From NCBI GenBank assembly GCA_010093705.1, contig MU006095.1:620001-684000 (forward strand): DNA of 64,000 nucleotides, in the 5' to 3' direction. The notes under the pieces were generated by a model. That model was not told the origin of the DNA. It did not search any database and was given only the letters and a program-made list of their open reading frames with translations. How positions within the stretch are numbered: the first letter of the stretch is position 1; each line of letters opens with the position of its first letter. Positions 51,426-62,619 of the stretch are shown here, piece after piece. The translations under genes and the position numbers were made by a program. Source of the DNA: Patellaria atrata CBS 101060 (lineage: Eukaryota).

Positions 51426-52134
51426 ATGCATGAAACGTACAAAAATCACCTCTTTTTCTCCGTTAGAGTCATCCAGATAGACTTTTTCCCTTGGCATCTG
51501 GCATGCACAACAGCGGAGCCTTTTGTACCACATGCGCGGGGACGCGCTCATAAATCTTTACGGACGCTTTCATCATCCGATCAGCCTCCTGACCGCGCAC
51601 ACAGACGGACTAGCATCGTTTTTCCCTTTTTGGTTTAACACCCAACGTCGAGACAAAAACGGTTCTTCAACCCTATTGCAGTAATTGGATGGATCCAGAA
51701 CGAACAGAAGTTCCAAACCATCGCACGCTCTTTTTGGAATTTTTTGATTTTTTTTTTTTTCAAATCGAATTGTTTTCCTGAGTGTCTTCTTTCCTGCTTC
51801 CTTCCGTCCTGCATGCCGCCACCACCGTCGCGCTTCAGCTGGTTCTGTCGCTGCGAGCTGCTGGCGGTGCGGGGTGGGGGGATGTGGGGGACACTCGCCC
51901 CGTTGTCGTCGCTACTTGGACGCTGCGGTTAGGACAATTGGCTTCGCGCCTGCATGTACACGTCGGGACCGGCGATAGCGAACTTAATATTCCGGTGAGG
52001 GGGATGTGGATGAAGGATGAAGTTGGTGGGGGAGCGGATTATCGAAGTGGTCAAGCCAGGCAGATCAGTTTTGTATCGCAAACGTATTCTGCACCTGAGG
52101 AAAGAATCAGAGAAATGCGGTGGGATGTGTGAGA

Positions 52135-52136
<2 letters not shown>

Positions 52137-52179
<43 letters not shown>
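52137..52179 (+). repeat. Poly-G homopolymer (43 nt)
   Basis: Uninterrupted G run. Confidence 0.95.
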
Positions 52180-52181
<2 letters not shown>

Positions 52182-53067
52182 GCATTCACTTGATCAACCC
52201 GGGTGCTCGTCAGGCGCTTGGTGTCGTTAGAAAACTCTCTCTTGTTGAATATATCCACACTTCCACCCCCAACCCAACCAAAAAGAAAAAAAGAAAAAAA
52301 GAAAAAAAAAAAAAGCAGATTCCAAACATGACTGATTCCGCTTCCTCTGTTCCTGTGACACCCCGTTGATTGTTATTCAGGCGGAGCTTTCCCCGTAACT
52401 TACCTGACAAATCACCTAGGTTTCCGACCCCGTCCCCATCAGCCCCATGGACCCGAACGGCCCAGGACACTTGGATCCTGTTCCTTTGAGAATATATAGA
52501 ACGTCCTTGGTCCTGGCCCCGGGATCCACTTCTCTCTCTTTCTCTCTTCTCGCCTTTTCTTTCTTTCTTTCTTTCTCTCTTCTTGCTTTCCCCCCTTCCC
52601 TGCTATGGTCTGGTGTGAGCATTCCCAAAAGAAGAGGAGAGGACTCAAATTCCTGCTTTCCATTGCGATTTGAAACGGTATTTGGTGCATATGCCCTACC
52701 GAAGAGCTTCCATTGCCATCATAACCCTCCAACCCACCTATGAGTGTGAAGTGTGTTTTAGCCCTCCAACACCGCTCCTTAGTCCCCGTGAGATACTTCT
52801 GGGGTGAATTTGTCGTTTTGTAATTGTTCAAACTTACCTATCAGTGTGGTATTAGCCCTCCAACGCCCCGCTCCCCTACATTAGCTCGTCCCTAGTCCCC
52901 GTACACACTTCTGGGGTCAATTTGTCATTTCTTTGTTCTCGTCTGTGTGTTCTGCGTCGGGGATTTTTTTTTTCTTTTGCACTATACTTGAGGTACGTAC
53001 AGTGATGAACTAAACCTCGCCGCGGGAACCTATGGAGAGGGCCGGCCCGTTGGGCTGGTAAGATGGG

Positions 53068-53068
<1 letters not shown>

Positions 53069-53100
<32 letters not shown>
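53069..53100 (+). repeat. (TG)n microsatellite abutting assembly gap
   Basis: TG dinucleotide array directly before the N run. Confidence 0.95.
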
Positions 53101-53200
53101 NNNNNNNNNNNNNNNNNNNNNNNNNNNNNNNNNNNNNNNNNNNNNNNNNNNNNNNNNNNNNNNNNNNNNNNNNNNNNNNNNNNNNNNNNNNNNNNNNNNN
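53101..53200. other. Assembly gap (100 N)
   Basis: Run of N. Confidence 1.
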
Positions 53201-56200
53201 TGTCATGTCATGTGCTCACGATGAGGATTTCCTAGACGAAGGCTACATGGTAAGGCGCACATGACGATGGTGTAGTATGCCCTTGCTGTGCCATGGGAGA
53301 GTTGGGTGAACAGCATCATGTACATGTGCGTCATCTGTTGTTTGGAAATCCCATGATGGGGGGAAGGAAGAGTTGTCATGCGGTGTGCATGTTCCGAGCG
53401 GGACTGGGGAACGTAGATGCGTACCCTCCTTGCGAGATGTACAGGTGGGTGATGGCTGATACTCGAAACGGAGAGAGAACTCTTCACAGGATGAAGCGGC
53501 GTGCATGTTCTGAGTGGGACTGGGGAACCCAGATGCGTATCCCTTGCGAGATGTACGGGCTAATACTCGAAAGGGAGAGAGAGAGCTTCACAGGATGAAG
53601 GGGGCGTACCGAAGTCTGGGGTCATCATCACCCTTTGTCCCTTCCCCCGCCCCCCTTTCTGCGGTTCTCGGTTCCCTGTTGTGGCGAACGAGAAAGTCCG
53701 TAGGGCTACGAAACATGAGACTGAGGCTTGTCCCCTGCCTGCCCGGGGGATATGCCAAGTTTAACCCCAAGGGGCTGAATCGAGAGTCCAGTAACCGGGT
53801 CGGCCCGATGCTCTGTTGGTTCATTCGCCTGTGTCGCTGACTTTCTTGAGGGTTAATACCGCAACCCACTCTACCTACAACCAGGCAAGGGGAAGCCGAG
53901 ACACAGCGAAAGGCGGAGAAGATGGCGCTTTCTATCGAATGGGCCGGGGGACATGTTGAAGGCATCGGTTGAAGCCCTTCTCCCAACGAGGCGGGTGTTT
54001 ATGCTCGCCGAAGCTTTGGTTTGTGCCACACTTCAATTCAGGAGGCTCGTCCCTGCGCCGACGTACGAACGTCCGCCTCTGCATGGAATGCATAATGCTT
54101 GAGTTGGTTTTTGCCTTAATATCGCATGGAATTTCTATTTGTGCCTCGGAACATGATGGACGTTGTGCTTTCGAACACGGAATAGTTGGATCGACGGACT
54201 TTTCCTCTCCATTTATACCTTCCTCCCTAACAACTGATGAAAAAGCGCCTTGCGGCGTGCAAAAAGAAAAAGACTCTGTTGTAGACTAAAAGATTCCTAC
54301 TATAGCATCTTTGGGTACACCGCCGCGGGTTCCAGCAATAGCGAAAAGGGCATTTGCTGCAAGACCATAAATAACAATACAATGGGAACTAATTGCATGC
54401 ATCAGAAGATGCGTGACCATCTTCGAACGGTTATTGGACTTCTTTCATATCAAGAATAATAGATCTCTTAATACAAATAAACGTTCCGAGCGTGGTGATA
54501 ATGAAAAGAAACGAAATACGTCCATCAGCACCTTCCTCTTTGAATGATTTGATTGGAATGAGCACCGAGATACTGCATATTTTGAGTTGCCAATAGGTCC
54601 ACTTAATCCTATCTCATGAAAATAAAAGTGTAATAATCTGTTCTTACTTGCAGAGCTTCCTCGAAAATAGAATGATGATGGGAGAACTCGTCCATCCTTG
54701 GTATAGTACAATTTCAGCACATGTCGTCCTTAGTCCGTCGCACGAAAACCTAGACCAACGGCCAAGCTAAGAGAAGAATAATAATATTTTGTTGGAGTAG
54801 TCTAAAAGAATAAATGCAGGGGATTTTCTTACGAGAGTTGTGGCCTAACTGACGACTGGCTATTATGAGGTGCAGTAAGTAAGTGAGTTTTATTCGAGGT
54901 TGCCAATATTTGCGGCCTATTTTTAGGCCTTGGAATTGGCAGCGCGGAAAGCAAGGTACTCCGTACACATATAGGTCGGGTACGAATGAAGTGCAGTGTC
55001 TTGACAAAGCTAAAGAGTCTAAGGTTAAAATGCTTCCACCTCTTAGGGTTTCCTTTAACGAGAAGAATAATAATTAAAAGTGAATAACGCGCGCCATACG
55101 AGCACGAATAGCTCAATTGCAAGGTGAGGTTCAAGGATGACAATCCTCAGCTGGGTGGCCTACATACCAAGCCATAATTGCAAGCAACCAAGTTGTGAAT
55201 CGACTTTCCTGTCGATCAATCTGCAGGCACGAACTTGAGCTACCGGCTCATTGTCTTGTTTCGTTTCTCGATAAGATCGCTACCATTATTTCGAAACAGA
55301 GTAGTCGAAAACCGCGTATCTTCCGAGTTGTTCAACATTCAGAGTCGTATTACCCTGGAGCATAGCAAGAACTTACTGCGGTAACATTTGGAATTTTCCC
55401 AGTCCAAGTTTTTCTTGTATGCCCTGCCATGAAATATTGATTGTGATGTCGAAGCCTGAATCCTCCGATCCTACCAACAACCGCGAATACGGGAAATTAA
55501 TACTTTCTGGACAATACTCCGCTTCCACTGCAAGACGATGAGTGAACGACTATCCAACAAATCAGCAATAATAATGATAGAATAACTTGCAATTGAAATT
55601 TAGGGGCTTAGCTCGAGACGAAGATGTTTGTGAGGGTCATTGCTGCCTGGCCATCCATAAAGTAGGATAGAGTTTCAAAACTGAGCCCCACTATTCGGAC
55701 GTTCTATGAGTCAAATATACTTTTGGGGCGCAAAGAGCTTGTGATCTGATTTGGATTTTGTTACAGTTATAGACCAGACAAAGGAAATCTTGTGATGTAA
55801 GAAAGGGAATACCACAAAGAAATCTATCTGAATGACCTGAGAAAGGAAATAAGATGTTGTGAAGATGGTAGAATAAATCGGTTGAGATGTGTAAAAAAAA
55901 AATTGTAGACTCCTCATCCAATGCATATTCCTTCTTCTTCTATAGATGCACCAAATGCTCCTTAAATGCTAATCATAATGTTGTACACGCTAAAATGACC
56001 GTCCATTTCGTTTAGTCGTTCCTAAAATTTCCATCAATTCGTGAGCGTCATGAGCCTTTGAGCAAGAAAGGTGTCCCCTCAGTAAAAGTAATCCCGTTGG
56101 ACGACAAGTATGAGGTTCCATTGTGAAGAATGACAACCCAGGAAAATTATAGAAGACTTTTCGGGGAGATGATCTCGTAACCGCAAAACGTAGATTCGTT

Positions 56201-56254
56201 GATACCGTTGATGTTGAGGCAAAATCGATATTTGAGGGTTCAGAAAGATGACCA

Positions 56255-56482
56255 TTAACCCCCATACCCGCTCTGATAGCCTGAGTCAGGAAGTACACCA
56301 TGGCCCGGGACGGGATGTGTATCTGGTCTATGCGAAGTGTGGAGTTGGCATGCATATCCAACAAGAACGGTCTTCTCTTGAACAGTGTGACCGCGTTGTC
56401 CATATGCCTGGCATGGATCAACGGCGTGTTTGTAGTATAGACAGCGGCAGACAGAGTATCGTTCGACAACTTGATAGCACAT
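56255..56482 (-). CDS. 75-aa Cys/His-rich microprotein (MCYQVVERYSVCRCLYYKHAVDPC...VLVGYAC..H)
   Basis: ATG ORF with the pattern MC-x9-CxC-x4-H-x4-C...GH...GYAC-x2-H, which I recall from small hypothetical proteins of filamentous ascomycetes. Confidence 0.7.
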   Translation of the reverse strand: MCYQVVERYSVCRCLYYKHAVDPCQAYGQRGHTVQEKTVLVGYACQLHTSHRPDTHPVPGHGVLPDSGYQSGYGG

Positions 56483-59288
56483 GCTGACTAGTATAGAGGG
56501 ATTCCTTCCCGTGGAGAATCAATGTAGGAAGTGGGGGAATGATCTTTTGACTTTGAAAATTGATGGAGTGATAAGGATGAAATGAGGATGTTGGTGCTGA
56601 TATAAGAGACAGTGCGAGACTTTTAGAAACTGTGGATGATTGTGTATGAAGCCGGTTTGATATTGATAGTTTTGGAGAAGAGAAGACGGGTTTATATGTC
56701 TTCCTGTTTGACATAACGTGGAGACCAGAGCATCCACAATGAACTCATGCAGTGTTTACCTATGTATGCAGGAGATCAGGCACCGAATGCAAGCAGGAAA
56801 GTGTGGGAGGACAGTCAGCATAACGGCCTAGCACTGCCATCCCGGAAACTTCCAAACTTCCTTGGGGTCAAAACGGAGAACCGCCAGTACGGGAGGTGTG
56901 GTAGACATGAGTTTTGGAAACGGAGACCGGCAGGGTGGCTCGTCTTCAGCTTCCGCATGGAACGAGCCGATTTGTATGGTGCCACCAACGGGTATGTGGG
57001 TCTGCAAACATGTTCGAGGGGATGGGCAACGCATATAGAGATGCTAAATGAGTGACATGAGGCCTGATGTTGAAATGCCAACCAATCAGGGGCGATTATG
57101 ACCTACCTAAATCCGCCGTTAGCAACGGGGGCTATTTGGGTATGCCCGTGCTGCATGGAGATCTGGATAGGGGAATACAGATCTTTGGTAGTGTAGTAGT
57201 AACGGCAACCACCACTCTGGAGTGAAAAGTGATATAATGCTAGGGCGTATAGGTGGTTGCTCGGGGGGCGGAGTATTAGTTATGAGGTAGTCTGCAGTTT
57301 ACGTGAGACTTTTCCTAGTGAATAATCAAATTTATCCCCCATCTTTCACGGAGAAATGAAGCATACGAGAGATGCAGTAGGATAAAGGCCTAGACACGAT
57401 TAAGAGTGCAGATGTTTTGCGCTTAAACAGCACCATTTCATACCTGGCTTCCGATGGTAAGTTCTGGGGGCCAAATATGATAGAGTATGAGGTCGAGTTG
57501 GCTGTGTGATGGAAAGGCAGATGTGTGTATGGAAATGTTGAAAGTAAAAAGTTACGGTAGATTCGAATAACTAAGAACAACAAGCGATTTGCTAGGCCAC
57601 GTTTGTTTTAGCGTCAAAGCCTAGTCAAAAAGGGGCTAGTAATAGTGCCAAAAATAATATCCGTCAAACACCTCATAAGCTAAGGTATGCCATGCTTCTA
57701 TTGCATTGAATGTCTTTTATTAACCTCAGTACTTACTATAATGATGAGAAAGCTCAGTGGCAGACTTCACTATATTCAGTTTTTAGACACGCGGTTGATA
57801 ATGCTCAATATACCACTATAAAATACCCAGCAGCAAATCAGATAGGGGCAATCAGCAGTTGACGGTGATGTTCAGTTTGCGCACCAGTAGAATCTCTGAT
57901 ATATCGACGGGCGGGTTATCTATGTTACTTCAAACGTGTGTATTTGTGGCTATCTACGCCGCCTATCCATGCTGTTGGAAATAATCTCGGAAGGCTTATG
58001 CTATGGTTGTCGGAAATATGAGTGTAAGCAGCGAGGCGGCCGATGCCCTGCATGCTACCGTCACCACGTGGAAAACAGGTGGCAGTGTTTCAGGCACAAC
58101 CAGATCGACGGGTCAAGATGGCCTTGGTAATTCTGGAGACGCCAAAAGACTGCCAGATTCGCGGAGGATACAATCTTTGGTACATGCATACAAGATTCAG
58201 CCCTACGCAGGGGCGTAGACAGAGACGACTGTCCAATACGCTGCTTATCGTACTTCAAATGTCAAGAGACTTGGACTATCCAAAGGAGGTTTTTAATCTC
58301 ACCGTCACAAGATACGAACTCGCGGTTCTGCTTATTAACGTTTTGGATGTCTTTCCAGACCCAAAGTACCTAGACACTACAGAAAGATGCATGGCAACTA
58401 CTCCAGAATGCTTTGTAAAACGACTCCAGCTTCTGGCGTGAAGTACTCCGTAGTTTTCTGCGCAATGTAGCAAAGATATTATCGTAGCTGATGTGTGATG
58501 ATTAAAATCACATGTAAAGAGTGTGTGTACTGTTCAAGACTCATTTACAAACCGTACCCTCTAATCTCAACTGATCATCAATGCTGAGAAGTTGCAAATG
58601 TCAAATAACGTGGACAAGCATCTCTAGTGAACGATGACGTATAAATAAATTTCGGTATGGAAGTTTCCAGTGGCAGACTCGAAAGGTGTTTCTTGAAGCT
58701 TATCTCACGTTGATTAAGTTACTAAAACGAGGATTGCTTAAATCAGATTCTGATTCCTACTGTATTCGGAACGATAGAGGGGATTGTGTTTCATCATCCA
58801 TGCTTCTGTTTCAGTCTGGCTCTAATAGTGCAAAAATACCCGGGATGGTAATTCTAGAAGAAAGTTTCTGATGTCGCATTTGTAATTACTCTGGGAATCG
58901 GTTCGTGTTTAGAAGATTTATGTGCCTATTCCCATTCAGAGAATAGGTATTCGGCGAGAGCTGAAAACGAGGGTCGGCTGATGTATTTTGAGATGTAAGA
59001 ATTGCAGAAAGTCGGATTCGGGCGGGGGCTGAGGTGCCAGGTAGTTCTATTAGTATCTCGGTTCGGAAAAGCCCTTTCGCCGCGTTGACGTCTAACCTCC
59101 AGGCGTTTAGCGGCACGGACAACAATAGGGTTCAAGGTCAGTAGCTCGAGATCAAAGACGGAGGAATATCATAGGTATATCTCAATCACCAACAATTCAT
59201 TCAACACATGTGAAATCAGGGACTGTCCTTTTCGTGGAGTTGACTAGGAGTTAGTGGCATAGGAACTGAATAAGAGAGGAGGATAGCA

Positions 59289-61134
59289 ATGGCTTCCCCA
59301 GCCGCGAAGAACAAGCGCGGGCCAACTGTTCTGGTAAGCTTTCAGGTTCTCTGTCCCCCTATCGTGCCAATTCTCCCTGTGCTTAAGGGTTGTGATGTCT
59401 GGAAGCTGACGAATTGTTGTGTAGGTCACTGATGCGCGGGAAGCTCCGTTGAGAAGGCAACATTCAAGCACACAGCGACCTGGGGCGAAGCTTATTAGTG
59501 TCGATAGCATCCTACAATATGCGAGCGACATACCCTCAGCTCAAAGGCGAGGACCCCCCGAGCGGCCACGACAGATCCGCACCCCCAGTGGTAGACACCC
59601 ACTCGACCCCAAACTGACCGGTCGTCTTGCCCCACAGCATATTCCCGCTCGATCCTCAAAGGTCTCCGAGAAACTTGTCCTCCTACCCGAAACGAGTGAG
59701 CAGGTAGACGATGAGAAGGATGAATTTGGGGAAGATGATACTGCACCTCCCACGGACGACGATCTGGAGAGGCGCAAGAAATCGGGGCCAAATGATAAAT
59801 CCCACGCGGAACGGTTACCAAAGGCTCGTCGGACTGAGCTCCCACGCGCAACAGCATACTGCACTGCCCAGGCATATAAGATGAAGGAAACTGCAGAATT
59901 TGTAAAGGCACAACATGGGGCACGCACAAAGTTGTATGACGATTGTCTGTACACCGTGTACCATCTACCACTTCTTCCCGGTAGCGGTGGCTATCGAGTG
60001 CGTAGTAGCCCCGTTCTTAAGAGCCCGGGCGGAAAAGCAATCCTGGATGAGGAAATAGAACGCAATGAACGTCGGGAGTATATTGAGGGCTACTTTGGAG
60101 AGTCCGAACGATATGGGGTCAGGGCCGCGGAAGACGGGTATAGCTCAAGCCCGACCCTAAGTAATTACATGCCGCATGAACTAGGATCTCCAGTCAGACC
60201 GAGCTCTCCACAACGGTTTGGAGTTGCTCCTGATGCTCTATCCTTCGCCGAAATGTTCGTGTTTAGTTACGGAGTAGCTGTCTTTTGGAATTTCTCTGAG
60301 GAGCAAGAAAAAGACATTCTCGCAGACCTGACATTCTCGGAATCAGAAACGGGTGTCTCCCTTGTGACACGCCCACATGAAGAAGAGGACTTTGAAATTG
60401 AGGCGTTTCACTTTGAGTATAACCCAGAGATTCCTAGGCCACGTATCTATAATGATATGATCACTTTGCGTTCAGGAGATCATATGATAAAGCTTAGTAT
60501 GTCTCATGCAATCGCACAGAGTACCAAACTTTCTTTCTTCGAAGAGAGAATGGCGACAACAATGTCGGAAGCACAATATGTGCCGCGGAGATTAGCACTT
60601 ACGGGTGGGCTTGGTTTAAAACGCGAGGAGGTAGTGAGGATTCTCGGACGGTTGTTCACCAGTCGGGTAGACGTTAATCTCTGTAAGTATATACTATTTT
60701 CCCTGGATTGTTTGCTAATGATATTCCAGCTTCGAACATGCTCGACGTCCCCAACTTCTTCTGGGACAGTGAACCCACTCTTCGCCCGCTCTATTCGGCA
60801 ATTCGTGAGTATCTAGAAATTAAACCTCGCATACAGGTCCTTAATGAGAGATGTCGTGTCTTTCTAGACCTTGCAGAGATATTAAGTGATTCTATTGCCA
60901 CGAACAAAATGACAAGTATGCATGGCATTCTCATTGGGCTCGAAAACCTACTAACACGGTATAGGTATCACTTGGATTATGATCACCCTAATCGTATTAT
61001 CGATCTTCGTCACATGTTTCGAGGTTTTCCTCCGGTTCGCACTTATTGCTAAAAACATGCCTAGCGATAAGCATATGCTATCAGGTGCTCTTGATGACGC
61101 AAGGGGTTTTATGACTGCTTCGGGAGATCTATAG
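59289..61134 (+). CDS. RMD8: DUF155 sporulation protein, Rmd8/Sif3-like, 4 exons
   Basis: 'SEKLVLLPE', 'PRATAYCTAQAY', 'EMFVFSYG.AVFWNF', 'PRIYNDMITL', 'SHAIAQSTKL', 'NMLDVPNFFW', 'REYLEIKPRIQVLNERC', C-terminal TM helix. Confidence 0.85.
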
Positions 61135-62619
61135 ATTTTAGCATTGTTGGTAAATATTCGGATCCTAAATTTCTGGGCGGTGACACCATGGGTTTACCTT
61201 TCCAGATACCAATACTACAGTCAAATTGGGCGGCAATCTTCTTCTCCTACACTTGTGAATACTTAGATGTAGTCTAGCGAGTTGTTACGCGGATCATCCG
61301 CCGTCTACATAAGCCTCATTATCCCAAGCCCTCTTTCCCCTCTCTTGCGGCCCCCAGATATTCCAGAGCAGTAACGACCCTTATCCCTCTAGTGTCCCTC
61401 CCTCTTCCCAGGTTTCGCATGTAAGGCGGATCACACGCCTTTATTACCAAAACGATATCTTGCGGAAGGAAACATCACCCCTCCCTTTGCATATCATAGT
61501 AGCAGCCTGATTTCCCCGGTTCCAACGATCTGCGGCTCTCGCGAGTTGCGACGCGACGCATGATGCAAGCAAAACAGCAAGTTGTGCGAACAACTCACAG
61601 CACCGGGGCGGGTGGCACAAGTACGGTCTTTCAACCTCTCCTCGCAAGGCTTACCTCGATTTCCTCCGTTGCGAGGTTCCCCGTTGCGAGATTCTCGTAT
61701 TGCGCCTATTTGTTGGACCCCACAAGAAACCGCTTCATTCATGCACGGACCTGGTTTTCTATTTCGGAGATTTACACCCTTCTCGATAAGGTATCGATAT
61801 CGTGGCTGGTGGTTTCACGCGTACGCAACTTGGAACTTTGTCGCATCTGGGGTTTACCTTACCTTGTTAGGCCTTCTGCTGCGCTGTTTCCGGAGTTGAG
61901 TTATTTCCTATTTTGTGCCTTTGAATGCGAGGTCGGGAAAGGCGTGGAGTGGAGAAGGGACTGCTAGTCGGCTGTGGTAGAAGATGCGATGGTTGTTCGA
62001 GTTACGCAAGGAGAGGTGCGATCGCTGTCTTTGAGGGTTTTTCTCCTCGCTCTTCTACAGGACATGGAATTCTTACTTCTTCACCGCGGGCTGCTTCGAA
62101 ATCTTTTACGGATCGACGAATCACGTGGAGGTAGGAGTATCTACCATTCTCAAAGCGTCGGAGCATTCTCCTCCTCAAAGCAGAACAATTCAGGCGGCTG
62201 AACGAGCAAGTAGACAACGGCCTCAGAGCTTAAGCTAAGTCCTCTGTGCCCTCACCAGGCAATCAAAAGAAGAAAAGGAAGTGAGGACAGAAATATATAA
62301 AATATTCATTTTACAATAGAGAAAGTAGCCTAATCGCATATCAAAAATATCCCGTATCATAGCCGAAAAGAACGCACTAGAAATGACCTAAAAAATATAT
62401 TCCAGAACATCTAGTTTTGCACCTGGCCCTCAGATCCCCGATGAAACACCATGACACCGATATGGGAGAGTGGAAATCATCTCGTCCGCATTCCTTCCAT
62501 TTCCCGAATATAAATCCTTTTACCCCTATACGCCTTCTAAATTACTGACTCCGTAATATCAGTTCCGAAAACGCCTCGTCGAAAACATAAATGAAATGAC
62601 AGGAAAGGAAGGAAAACTT

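Noticed and set aside
50995..51480. 161-aa Pro/Ser/Ala-rich overlapping ORF
   Set aside because: By-product of the extreme C-ending codon bias of esdC.
51929..52258. ORF with poly-proline tract
   Set aside because: Translation of the poly-G homopolymer; no other coding signal.
57936..58473. Cluster of short overlapping ORFs, possible gene relic
   Set aside because: No consistent frame or recognisable motif.
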